From positions 3,936,001 to 4,000,000 of the forward strand of contig OZ245817.1 of the NCBI GenBank assembly GCA_965228475.1: 64,000 bases of DNA, in the 5' to 3' direction. The notes beneath the pieces were generated by a model, which saw nothing but the letters and a program-made list of their open reading frames with translations, had not been told where the DNA came from and did no database searches. The position numbers and the translations under genes were made by a program. The DNA is from Myxococcota bacterium (GTDB lineage Bacteria; Myxococcota_A; UBA9160; JAFDDA01). Positions 55,709 to 64,000 of this stretch are shown in pieces; within the stretch, counting starts at the first letter, position 1; each line of letters starts with the position of its first letter.

Positions 55709-56437
55709 TCAACCCGCGGCGGAAGGCGACGCGGGCGCGATCGGCCGGCCCGCAGCGGCGCCGCGCGCGAGCTGCGGCGTCGCCCAGGCGTAGAAGAACC
55801 GCCAGTGCAGGAACAACGCGGCGAGCACCGCGCAGTGGAAGAACTCGTGGGGCCCGAAGACCCCCGGGATCAGCCAGAAGAGTTCGAAGTGGTCGACGAG
55901 CGCGCCCACGACGTAGGTCACGGCGCCCGCGGCCATGAGGTCGTAGGCGCGCCAGTGGAGCGTGAGCGGAAGGAAGAGGATCGAGGAGAGCCCGACGATC
56001 GACAGGAGGATGTAGAGCAGGAGGCCCACCCCATCCCCGAGCGAGGTCCACAGCGCGATCTTACCGAACAGGGCCGACCACGTGATCGCCCAGATCAGGC
56101 AGACCATCCACCATCGCCCGCGCCCCGAGAATCCCACCGCGTGGAACGCCGTGAGCGTGCCCGCGATCAGCAGGAAGATGGCCGAGTGGTCGATGCGCTG
56201 GAACGTGAACTTCCACGGGTGCTCGGCCGCGAGCGCGTGGTACGTCCCGCTGAACCCGAGCGCCAACACCGCCGTCAAGGAAAACAGGTAGAGCGCCGCC
56301 GCCCGCCAACGCCGCTCCCCCGCCCGACGCGCCAGCCGAACCGCCCGCCAGGCAAAGAACACCGCCCCCGCGAGATGCAAAACGCTCGACGCCGGATCCG
56401 CCACGCCAAAAAACGGCGCCGTCAACTCCCCCGACAT
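55709..56437 (-). CDS. Hemolysin III / PAQR family membrane protein
   Basis: SGTYH, RIDHSAIFLLIAGT and HEFFH; about 7 TM helices. Confidence 0.9.
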   Translation of the reverse strand: MSGELTAPFFGVADPASSVLHLAGAVFFAWRAVRLARRAGERRWRAAALYLFSLTAVLALGFSGTYHALAAEHPWKFTFQRIDHSAIFLLIAGTLTAFHAVGFSGRGRWWMVCLIWAITWSALFGKIALWTSLGDGVGLLLYILLSIVGLSSILFLPLTLHWRAYDLMAAGAVTYVVGALVDHFELFWLIPGVFGPHEFFHCAVLAALFLHWRFFYAWATPQLARGAAAGRPIAPASPSAAG

Positions 56438-56627
56438 CCGCATCCGACCCATTCAAAACGATCCCAACGAGAAACACAACCCGAGGTCGCCGAAGGCGAA
56501 ACCAGGAAGGCTGGCCTGGCTGCTCAGAATCTTGGATAGGCGGGCGATCTCCGATTCCGCCGTTGGCGGGGGCGAGCCATGAGCCGGAGCCCACCCCGCC
56601 CGCGAACGCGGAGTCCCGAGCCGCCGG

Positions 56628-58178
56628 TCAGATCTGCCGAGACTTCCCTTCCCAATAAGGATCCCGAAGCTTCCTCTTATAAAGCTTCCCATTCGGATCC
56701 CGAGGCATCTCCTCGATGAAGTCGATCGACTTCGGCGTCTTGTACTTCGCCAGATGGTCCTTGCAGAACGCGTAGATCTTCTCGCGGAAGGCGTCGTCGG
56801 GCGCGACGCCCTCTTCGGGCTGCACGACGGCCTTCACCTCCTCGCCCCAGTCGTCGTTCGGGATCCCGAAGACCGCGATGTCCGCGATGCCCGGGCAGGC
56901 CTGCATGTCCTTCTCGATCTCGGCCGGGTAGATGTTGGCGCCGCCGGAGATGATCATGTCGTTCTTGCGGTCGCTGAGGAAGAGGTAGCCGTCCTCGTTC
57001 AGGTACCCCACGTCCCCGACGGTGAAGTACTCGCCGCGGCGGCTCTCGGACGTCTTCTCCGGCGCCTTGTGGTACTCGAACTCCGCCGCACCCATGCGCA
57101 TCCAGACGGTGCCGATCTCGCCCGTGGGCACGTCGTTGCCGTCGTCGTCGAGGATGCGCAGTTCGCTGTTGGCCCAGGCCTTGCCGACCGTCCCCGGGTA
57201 CTTCTTCCACTCCTCGGGCGTCACGAGCGAGCCGCCCCCCTCGCTCGCCGCGTAGTACTCGTAGATCGTGTCACCCCACCACTCGAGCATCTTCCACTTC
57301 GTGTCCTGCGGGCAGGGCGCGGCCGCGTGGACCATGCAGCGAAGGGAGGAGACGTCGTAGCGCTGCTTCGTTTCGTCGGGCAGCGCGAGCAGACGGTTGA
57401 ACTGCGTCGGCACCATGTGGCTGTTCGTGACGCGGTACTTCTCGATCCACTCGAGCATGCTCTCGGGCGTCCACTTGTCCATGATGGCGACGGCGTGACC
57501 GAGATGGAGCGCCGACGAAGCGAACATCAGGACGGCCGTGTGATAGAGCGGCGAACCGCAGATGTGGACGTTCTCGTCTTCCTCGGTCATCCCGAACATC
57601 ATCAGGAACACGCTCTGCAGCGTGCACGTCGTGTCCGGGTCGAGCGGCGACTGCTTGCGGCGCACGCCCTTCGGCCGCCCCGTCGTGCCGGAGGTGTAGT
57701 TCATCACCAGGCCGGAGGCGCGGTCCTCGGGGAGGGTCTCCGGCTGTCCGGCTTTCAGGCTCTCGTAGTCGCGGAAGCCCTCGATGGCGCCGACGGAGAA
57801 GCACTGCTCGGGCTTCATCCCCGCCTCGTCGGCCGCCTTCTTCGCGATGTCGGCGAAGCGGGCGTCGGTGAAGAAGGCCTTCGCGTCGCAGTCCTCGAGG
57901 ATGTAGGCGGCCTCGGGTCCGGTGAGGTGCCAGTTGATCGGCACGAGGTAGAGCCCCGTCTGCGCCGCCGCGAGGTAGAGCTCGATCATCGGCGCGCCGT
58001 TGGGCAGGAAGGTCGCGATGCAGTCGCCCGGAGCGAGACCGAGCTCGCGCAGGCCGTGCGCCAGCTGGTTGTTCGCGGCGAACAGTTCGCCGCGCGTGAC
58101 CTCGGCACCCTCGGGCGTCACCAGCCCGAGCGCCGAGGGGTTCTTCTGCGCCATCACCCAGAAACCGCGATCCGCCAT
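56628..58178 (-). CDS. Acyl-CoA synthetase (AMP-binding)
   Basis: YTSGTTGRPKG, PLYH, HAAAPCP, EYYAASEGG, SGGANIYPAE and GKLYKR. Confidence 0.93.
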   Translation of the reverse strand: MADRGFWVMAQKNPSALGLVTPEGAEVTRGELFAANNQLAHGLRELGLAPGDCIATFLPNGAPMIELYLAAAQTGLYLVPINWHLTGPEAAYILEDCDAKAFFTDARFADIAKKAADEAGMKPEQCFSVGAIEGFRDYESLKAGQPETLPEDRASGLVMNYTSGTTGRPKGVRRKQSPLDPDTTCTLQSVFLMMFGMTEEDENVHICGSPLYHTAVLMFASSALHLGHAVAIMDKWTPESMLEWIEKYRVTNSHMVPTQFNRLLALPDETKQRYDVSSLRCMVHAAAPCPQDTKWKMLEWWGDTIYEYYAASEGGGSLVTPEEWKKYPGTVGKAWANSELRILDDDGNDVPTGEIGTVWMRMGAAEFEYHKAPEKTSESRRGEYFTVGDVGYLNEDGYLFLSDRKNDMIISGGANIYPAEIEKDMQACPGIADIAVFGIPNDDWGEEVKAVVQPEEGVAPDDAFREKIYAFCKDHLAKYKTPKSIDFIEEMPRDPNGKLYKRKLRDPYWEGKSRQI

Positions 58179-58208
58179 GTGTCCTCTCGATCTCGAATGT
58201 CGAAAAAT

Positions 58209-58222
58209 TGATACGTGTTCTA
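58209..58222. promoter_or_regulatory. Putative TetR/KstR-like operator between divergent acyl-CoA genes
   Basis: TGATACGTGTTCTA is one mismatch from TnnAACnnGTTnnA; TACAAT at 58235-58240. Confidence 0.4.
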
Positions 58223-58299
58223 GTCGGGCGAGGATACAATGCCCTTGCGCCCCTGTGGAGCGCATTCGGCCGCCGCGCCCGGCCGCCCGAGGAGACCCC

Positions 58300-59511
58300 A
58301 TGGATCTCGAATACGGCAAGGAATACGACGATTTTCGCGCGGAGGTGCAGGCCTTCCTGGCGGCGGAGTGGCCGCCGAAGGGCGAAGGCGACCGCCAGGC
58401 CCAGACCCTGGCCTTCCGCGAGAAGGCCGTCGCCAAGGGCTACCTCGCCCGCAGCATCCCGAAGCAGTACGGCGGCTCCGAGCAGGAGCCCGACGCCATC
58501 CGCGCACGCATCATCCGCGAGGAGTTCGGCAAGGCCCGGGCCCCGGGCGACCCGCGCGGCATCGGCACGATGATGCTCGTCCCGACGCTGCTCGAGAAGG
58601 GCGCGGAGTGGCAGAAGGAGAAGTGGGTCGGCCCGACGGTGATGGGTGACGTCACCTGGTGTCAGGGCTACAGCGAGCCGGGCTCGGGCAGCGACCTCGC
58701 CTCCCTGAAGACGAAGGCGGAACTCGTCGACGACGAATGGGTGATCAACGGCCAGAAGATCTGGACGAGCGGCGCCCACCACGCCGACTACATGTTCTGC
58801 CTCTGCCGCACGGAGCCCGATGCGCCGAAGCACGCCGGCATCTCCTACCTGCTCATCGACATGAAGCAGCCGGGCGTCGAAGTCCGCCCCCTGCGCATGA
58901 TGAGCGGCACCGCCGAGTTCAATGAGGTCTTCCTGAACGACGCGCGCACGCCGGCGGATTGGATCGTCGGCAAGCGCGGCGAGGGCTGGCTGGTCTCGCG
59001 CGCGACCCTCAAGCACGAGCGCGATTCGATCGGCTCGGCCGCCCAGACCGTGGCGCTCTTCAAGGGCCTCGTCCGGCTGGCCAAGACGCGAACGCGCAAC
59101 GGCAAGCCCGCCATCGAGGACCCGGAGATCCGCCAGCGCCTCGCGGCGATCGAAGGGCGCGTCCGCTCCCACGAGTACTCGGGCTACATCCAGCTCACGC
59201 GCGGGAGCCAGGGCAAGAGCCCGGGGCCGATCGGGGCGATGAACAAGATCGTCTCCACCAACATCGGCCACGAGGTCGCGAAGCTCGCCCTCGACCTGCT
59301 CGACGAAGACGGCCTTCTCTCGGCCCAGAGCGCGGCCATGGGCGGAAACATCCCGAAGGACGCCCCCGCCTGGCTCACCCAGTACATGTGGAGCCTCGGC
59401 ATCGCGATCGCCGGCGGCACCGCCAACGTCCAGCGCAACATCATCGCCGAGCGGGTGCTCGGCCTGCCGCGCGACTACTACCAGCAGGCTTCGAAGGGAG
59501 CGGCCCGATGA
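58300..59511 (+). CDS. Acyl-CoA dehydrogenase family protein (first subunit of a tandem pair)
   Basis: WCQGYSEPGSGSDLAS, NGQKIWTS, FNEVF and IAGGTANVQRNIIAERVLGLPR. Confidence 0.93.
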   Translation: MDLEYGKEYDDFRAEVQAFLAAEWPPKGEGDRQAQTLAFREKAVAKGYLARSIPKQYGGSEQEPDAIRARIIREEFGKARAPGDPRGIGTMMLVPTLLEKGAEWQKEKWVGPTVMGDVTWCQGYSEPGSGSDLASLKTKAELVDDEWVINGQKIWTSGAHHADYMFCLCRTEPDAPKHAGISYLLIDMKQPGVEVRPLRMMSGTAEFNEVFLNDARTPADWIVGKRGEGWLVSRATLKHERDSIGSAAQTVALFKGLVRLAKTRTRNGKPAIEDPEIRQRLAAIEGRVRSHEYSGYIQLTRGSQGKSPGPIGAMNKIVSTNIGHEVAKLALDLLDEDGLLSAQSAAMGGNIPKDAPAWLTQYMWSLGIAIAGGTANVQRNIIAERVLGLPRDYYQQASKGAAR

Positions 59512-60581
59512 ACTTCGATCTTTCCGAAGAGCAGGAGCTGCTCCAGCAGACCATCCGCCAGTTCATCGAGAACGAGTGCCCGGTGACGGGCGTCCGCGAG
59601 CGGTTCGACGCCGAGGACGAGTTCGACAAGGAGCTCTGGCAGGGGCTCGTCGAGGTCGGCGTCGGCGGACTGCACCTGCCGGAAGAACACGGCGGCGCCG
59701 GGCTCGGCTTCCTCGACCTCGCCCTCGCCGCGGAGGTGCTCGGCTGGGGCGCGACGCCCGGCCCCTTCCTCGGTCACTCGCTCGCCGGTCTCGCCATCGC
59801 GCTCGGCGGGAGCGACGCCCAGAAGAAGGCGTGGCTCCCGAAGCTCGCCACCGGCGACGCCCTCGGCACCGTGGCCTTCCGGGACGAGGGCGGCTGGCTC
59901 CCGGGAGATTGGTCCCTCGCCTCCGGAGACCGCCTCGACGGAACGAAGCAGCACGTGCCCTACGGCGCCCAGGCCGACGTGCTCGTCGTCGGCACGGCGG
60001 GTGGCGGCCTCGCGCTCGTCGAGGGCGGCGCAGCCGGCATGGAAGCCAAGGCTGTCGAGGGCACCGACCGCTCGCGCCGGCTCCACGACCTGACCCTCTC
60101 CGGCGTCGCCGCCGAGGCGCTCCCCGAAGGCGCCTCCGCCTCCGGGCGGGTGCGCGACGCAGCGCTCGTGCTGCTGGCCGCCGATGCCTTCGGCGGAGCG
60201 AGCCGGCTCGTCGAGATGTCGGCGGAGTACGCGAAGACGCGGGAGCAGTTCGGCGTCACGATCGGACACTTCCAGGCCCTGAAGCACCAGCTCGCCAACA
60301 TGGCCATCGAGGTCGAACCCTCGCGCGGCCTGCTCTGGTACGCGAGCCACGCCTTCGACCGGGTCCCCGAGGAGTCGGAGCGCTACGCGGCGCTCGCCAA
60401 GGCCCACATCACGGACCTCTACATGCAGGTCGCGCGCGACGCCGTCGAGGCCCACGGCGGCATCGGCTTCACCTGGGAGTGCGACGTCCAGATCTGGTTC
60501 AAGCGCGCCATGTTCGACCGCGCGTTCCTCGGCCAGCCCGCGCAGCATCGGGAGCGCGCCGCGCAGCTCGCGGACTGGTAG
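59508..60581 (+). CDS. Acyl-CoA dehydrogenase family protein (partner subunit)
   Basis: MNFDLSEEQ, REQFG..IG.FQALKH and HGGIGFTWE; ATGA overlap with the previous gene. Confidence 0.92.
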   Translation: MNFDLSEEQELLQQTIRQFIENECPVTGVRERFDAEDEFDKELWQGLVEVGVGGLHLPEEHGGAGLGFLDLALAAEVLGWGATPGPFLGHSLAGLAIALGGSDAQKKAWLPKLATGDALGTVAFRDEGGWLPGDWSLASGDRLDGTKQHVPYGAQADVLVVGTAGGGLALVEGGAAGMEAKAVEGTDRSRRLHDLTLSGVAAEALPEGASASGRVRDAALVLLAADAFGGASRLVEMSAEYAKTREQFGVTIGHFQALKHQLANMAIEVEPSRGLLWYASHAFDRVPEESERYAALAKAHITDLYMQVARDAVEAHGGIGFTWECDVQIWFKRAMFDRAFLGQPAQHRERAAQLADW

Positions 60582-60611
60582 CGAAGCCCGGGGCGTTTCC
60601 CTCGCGGGCCG

Positions 60612-63600
60612 TCACACGGCCTGCGAGGGTGCCCTCCCCCGGCGCAGCCGCTCGACGAGCAGGTAGGCCGAGGGCAGGACGATCAGGGTCAGGACGGTCG
60701 AGGCTCCCAGCCCGAAGATCATCGCGAACCCGAAGGGCGACCAGAAGGCGCCGCCCCCGATGGCCAGCGGCAGCAGCCCGCCGATGGTCGTGACCGAGGT
60801 CATGACCACCGCGCGCAGGCGCAGCCGGCCCGCCTCGCGGACCGCATCCTCCACCGCCGTGCCGTCGCGTCGCAGGCGATTGACCGTGTCCACGAGCACG
60901 ATCGAATCGTTCACCGCGATACCCGCGAGCGAGATCATGCCGAGGAAGGCCATGAAGGAGAACGGGTTCCCCGTCGCCGCCAGGCCGAGGCTCGCTCCCA
61001 TCAGCGACATCGGGATCGCCAGCACGATGAGACACGGCTGCGCGATCGATTGGAAGCGCACGACCAGGATGATGTAGATCAGGAACACCGCGAAGACGGC
61101 CGCCTGGAGCAGCGAGACGAAGGATTCCGTCACGTCCTTCGGCTGCCCGTGGAAAGAGGCGTGGTAGCCCGGCGGGAAATCGATCTGGGAACGCACCGCC
61201 TCCTCGACCGCCTCGGCCACCGCGAGCAAGGCGGCGTCGCCTTCGATCGAAGCGCGCACGACGGACTCCCGCTGCCGCTGGAAGCGGAGGATGGCGCCCG
61301 TCGTGAAGCCGGGTTCGAGCGTCGCCACCTGGGAGAGCGGAACCGTGCGGCCGTGGGCCGGGCTGTGGAGCGGAAGGCTCGAGAGCGCCGCGACGCTGCC
61401 GCGCTGCCCTTCGGCGAGGCGCACGCGGATCGGGATCTCTTCGTCCTCCTCGCGCAGGGTCGTCGCGACGACGCCGTCCACCGCCGAGCGCAGGTTCGTC
61501 GCGACGGCCCGGTGCGGGATGCCGAGCCAGTTGGCTCGGGCATCGTCGACGACGGCCTGGATGGTGATCGGGTCGTATCCGAAGGAGTCCCAGACGTCGC
61601 GCACGCCGGCGACGCCTTCGATGATCTCCCGCACCCGCGAGGCCAGCGTGCGCAGCACGTCGAGGTCGTCCCCCATGACGTAGACCACGATCGCGTCGCC
61701 GCCCGCGTAGCCCTGCTTCAACGGGTTCGCGCGCACGAACGCCCCGGGGATGTTCGCCTTCAGGTCCGCGTCGATGCGGTCGACGACCCCGCGCGTCTCG
61801 TGGAAGGCGACGTGCTCGTGCGTGTTCACGATGACCTGCCCGACGGACTTCGAACGTTCGCCCTTGAACTCGTTGTAGTAGAACTTCGGCGCATCCTCCC
61901 CGACGAAGACCGTGAAACTCGCCACGTCCGGGTCCCCCTCGAGCCGGGCCTCGATGGCCGACATGACGGCGTCGGTCTCGGTGAGGGGCGCCCCCGGAGG
62001 CAGGCTCGCGCGGATCATGAACTGATGCCGATCCGCATCCGGGAAGAACGCCGGCGGCCAGAGCACGGCGCCGAACAGCCCGATCGCCGCGACGAAGCCC
62101 GCGAAGAACCCCGCCAGGACGAAGCCGGGCCGCCGCACCGCCGCCGCGATCACCCGGCGGTAGGCCCCTTCCAGGGGAAGGCGTGCCCAGAGCCCTCCGC
62201 TCCCGCGCGTGGGCGCGACGCGATGGACGGCGACCGAGAGGAGCGGCGTCAGGAAGTGCGAGACGAGGACCGAGCCGAGCAGCATCGCCGAGACCACGAC
62301 CGGGATGGAACGGATGAAGTCGCCGACGTCGCCGCGCATGATCATCAGCGGAATGAAGGCCGCGACGGTCGTCGCCGCGCCTGCGATCACCGCGAGGTGG
62401 ATCTCGCCGAGCCCGTTCACCGCCGCCTCCCGGGGTGAGCTCCCGCGGTCGAGGTGACGCTGGATGTTGTCGGTCACGACGATCGATTCGTCGACGACGA
62501 TGCCGATCGCGATCACGAGCGCCGCGATCGAGATCTGGTGGAGCGGGATCCCGAGAAGGCCCTGGAAGGCCATCGCCACCGTCATGGCCAGGGGGATCGT
62601 GAGCGAGACGACCGCACCCGAGCGCCAGCCGAGGCCGAGGAACGAGAGCGTGACGACGATGCCGAGCCCGAACAGGAGGCTCCCGAACAGGAGGGAGAGG
62701 CGAGCCCCCACGTAGGCCGGCTCGTCGGCGACGATCTCGATGCGCATCCCCGGCGGAAGGCGCGGCTCGTGTTCGGCGAGGAAGCCGCGGATGCGCTCGC
62801 CGAACGCGAGCGCGCTGCGGCCGGGCATCATCTCGAGGCCGAAGGCGACGGCGCGTTTCCCCCCGGCGCGCACGATCGCGTCGGGCTCGGCGACCTGGCG
62901 GCTCACCCGCGCGACGTCGCCGAGCCGGATCGGAAGCCCGCGCGGCCCGGCGCCGAGGAACACGCCGGAGAGTTCCGCGACGGCACCGAGCGCCTCGAAG
63001 GAGCCGCTCGTCTGGATCGTCGAACGCAGATCGCCGACTTCGAGCTCGCCGCTCGGCAGCTGCACGTTGCGGGCGGCCAGGGCATCGACCACGTCGGCCA
63101 GCGTGAGCCCGCGCTGCGAGAGCGCGCGGAGGTCGACCGCGACGGAGACCTCCTCGCTCGGCAGGCCGACGTGCTCCACGCGCCGCACGTCCGCGAGCCG
63201 CTCGAGGCGGCGCTCGAGGTCCCGCGCCTGATGGCGCAGCGCCGGCGCCGAGACGCCTTCGCCGACCAGGGCGAGGACGAGCGTGTTCGTCCGCGTCACG
63301 CGCGTATCGACGCTCGGCTCGCTCGCCTCGTCCGGAAGCCGCTCGCGCGCCTCCTGGACCTTCTGGCGGATCTCCTGCAGCCGCTCCTCCCCCGGCGCGG
63401 ACTTGTCCACGACGATGAGGAGCCAGCTCGCTCCCGTGACCGAGCGGCTCACGATCTCCTCGATGTCGTCGACCTCGGCAATGGCGTCCTCGAGGACCTC
63501 CGAGACGAGGCGCTCGACCTTCTCCGGCTCGGCACCGGGCAGGTACGTCACCACCTGGGCGAAGCGGTCCCGCAGCGCCGGGTTCTCCTGGCGCGGCAGC

Positions 63601-63695
63601 GACAGGAAGCTCAGATAGCCGTGGATCAGGAGCAGCAGAGCGACCAGCGCCACCACCATGGGCCGCTTCACCGCGAAGCTTGCGGGATTGCTCAC
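60612..63695 (-). CDS. RND efflux transporter permease (AcrB/CusA family)
   Basis: 1027 aa; GIVVDESIVVTDN, GIAVNDSIVLVD and RLRAVVMTSVTT. Confidence 0.94.
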   Translation of the reverse strand: MSNPASFAVKRPMVVALVALLLLIHGYLSFLSLPRQENPALRDRFAQVVTYLPGAEPEKVERLVSEVLEDAIAEVDDIEEIVSRSVTGASWLLIVVDKSAPGEERLQEIRQKVQEARERLPDEASEPSVDTRVTRTNTLVLALVGEGVSAPALRHQARDLERRLERLADVRRVEHVGLPSEEVSVAVDLRALSQRGLTLADVVDALAARNVQLPSGELEVGDLRSTIQTSGSFEALGAVAELSGVFLGAGPRGLPIRLGDVARVSRQVAEPDAIVRAGGKRAVAFGLEMMPGRSALAFGERIRGFLAEHEPRLPPGMRIEIVADEPAYVGARLSLLFGSLLFGLGIVVTLSFLGLGWRSGAVVSLTIPLAMTVAMAFQGLLGIPLHQISIAALVIAIGIVVDESIVVTDNIQRHLDRGSSPREAAVNGLGEIHLAVIAGAATTVAAFIPLMIMRGDVGDFIRSIPVVVSAMLLGSVLVSHFLTPLLSVAVHRVAPTRGSGGLWARLPLEGAYRRVIAAAVRRPGFVLAGFFAGFVAAIGLFGAVLWPPAFFPDADRHQFMIRASLPPGAPLTETDAVMSAIEARLEGDPDVASFTVFVGEDAPKFYYNEFKGERSKSVGQVIVNTHEHVAFHETRGVVDRIDADLKANIPGAFVRANPLKQGYAGGDAIVVYVMGDDLDVLRTLASRVREIIEGVAGVRDVWDSFGYDPITIQAVVDDARANWLGIPHRAVATNLRSAVDGVVATTLREEDEEIPIRVRLAEGQRGSVAALSSLPLHSPAHGRTVPLSQVATLEPGFTTGAILRFQRQRESVVRASIEGDAALLAVAEAVEEAVRSQIDFPPGYHASFHGQPKDVTESFVSLLQAAVFAVFLIYIILVVRFQSIAQPCLIVLAIPMSLMGASLGLAATGNPFSFMAFLGMISLAGIAVNDSIVLVDTVNRLRRDGTAVEDAVREAGRLRLRAVVMTSVTTIGGLLPLAIGGGAFWSPFGFAMIFGLGASTVLTLIVLPSAYLLVERLRRGRAPSQAV

Positions 63696-64000
63696 GGCGC
63701 TTCCCCTTCGACCACGCGCACGCGCTCGCCGTCGCGCACGAAGTGCTGTCCGCGGGTCACCAGGCGGTCGCCGACCACGAGCCCTTCACGGGCCTCGACG
63801 CGCTCGCCGTGGAGCGCGCCGAGCACGACCGGACGCCGCGATGCGTGCGGGGCCTCGGCCGCTCCACCGAGCACGAAGACGAACGGCGTGGCATCCGTAT
63901 CGCGCAGCACCGCCGAGGTGGGCACGAGCAGCAGCGACTCGGGCTCGCCGAGCAGGACCTCGACCTCCATGGCGAGCTCCGGCCGCAGGGCGCCATCGGG
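63692..64000 (-). CDS. RND efflux membrane-fusion (periplasmic adaptor) protein, C-terminal part only
   Basis: LLVPTSAV...GLVVGDRLVTRGQ C-terminal MFP motifs; overlaps the permease start. Confidence 0.85.
   Translation of the reverse strand, partial: PDGALRPELAMEVEVLLGEPESLLLVPTSAVLRDTDATPFVFVLGGAAEAPHASRRPVVLGALHGERVEAREGLVVGDRLVTRGQHFVRDGERVRVVEGEAP

Noticed and set aside
55709..56437. Toxin interpretation of hemolysin III
   Set aside because: PAQR/HlyIII proteins are common membrane-homeostasis proteins, and there is no secretion or toxin context.
325..63996. Many very long overlapping or antisense ORFs (for example 325-3690, 6638-10150, 11941-13920, 30363-33176, 35377-38166, 39721-42561, 42998-45889, 46819-49713)
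   Set aside because: They are Arg/Gly/Ala/Pro-rich shadow frames expected at very high GC opposite genes with clear motifs. Only the motif-bearing ends were kept as genes.
1..64000. CRISPR arrays, tRNA/rRNA genes, IS elements, prophage and defence systems
   Set aside because: I saw no regularly spaced repeats, structural RNA signatures, or transposase, integrase or nuclease motifs; intergenic gaps are mostly too short.

Overview
This is a very GC-rich, densely coding chromosomal segment from a diderm bacterium (Mla/MCE system, LapA, outer-membrane beta-barrels). A Myxococcota-like lineage is only a guess. I see about 56 genes and no rRNA, tRNA, CRISPR array or recognisable mobile element. 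Recognisable blocks: (1) an operon joining a Rsb-type partner-switching module (two GAF-PP2C phosphatases, one fused to a RsbW-type kinase, plus a STAS protein) to an MlaE/F/D-PqiC transporter; (2) an mgtE-lapA-mscS-rimB-like-astE-like-rimK cluster; (3) a MerR-headed menaquinone operon (menG-F-D-H-A-C-E, without menB or menI) divergent from an MMPL-cNMP fusion; (4) lipid/steroid-type catabolic genes, a DUF3015-DUF4105 pair and an RND pump. The most unusual observations are: a ribbon-helix-helix/Zn-finger protein and its coupled ABC1/UbiB kinase share a 27-residue helix (15 identities) behind a repeat-containing promoter; a Rieske oxygenase-like protein has reversed domain order; the partner-switch operon has no sigma factor; an intrinsic terminator also appears to encode a signal peptide; many genes look leaderless; and there is a local strand-biased codon footprint near 56.3-56.7 kb. 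All product calls come from motifs read by eye, without database searches.
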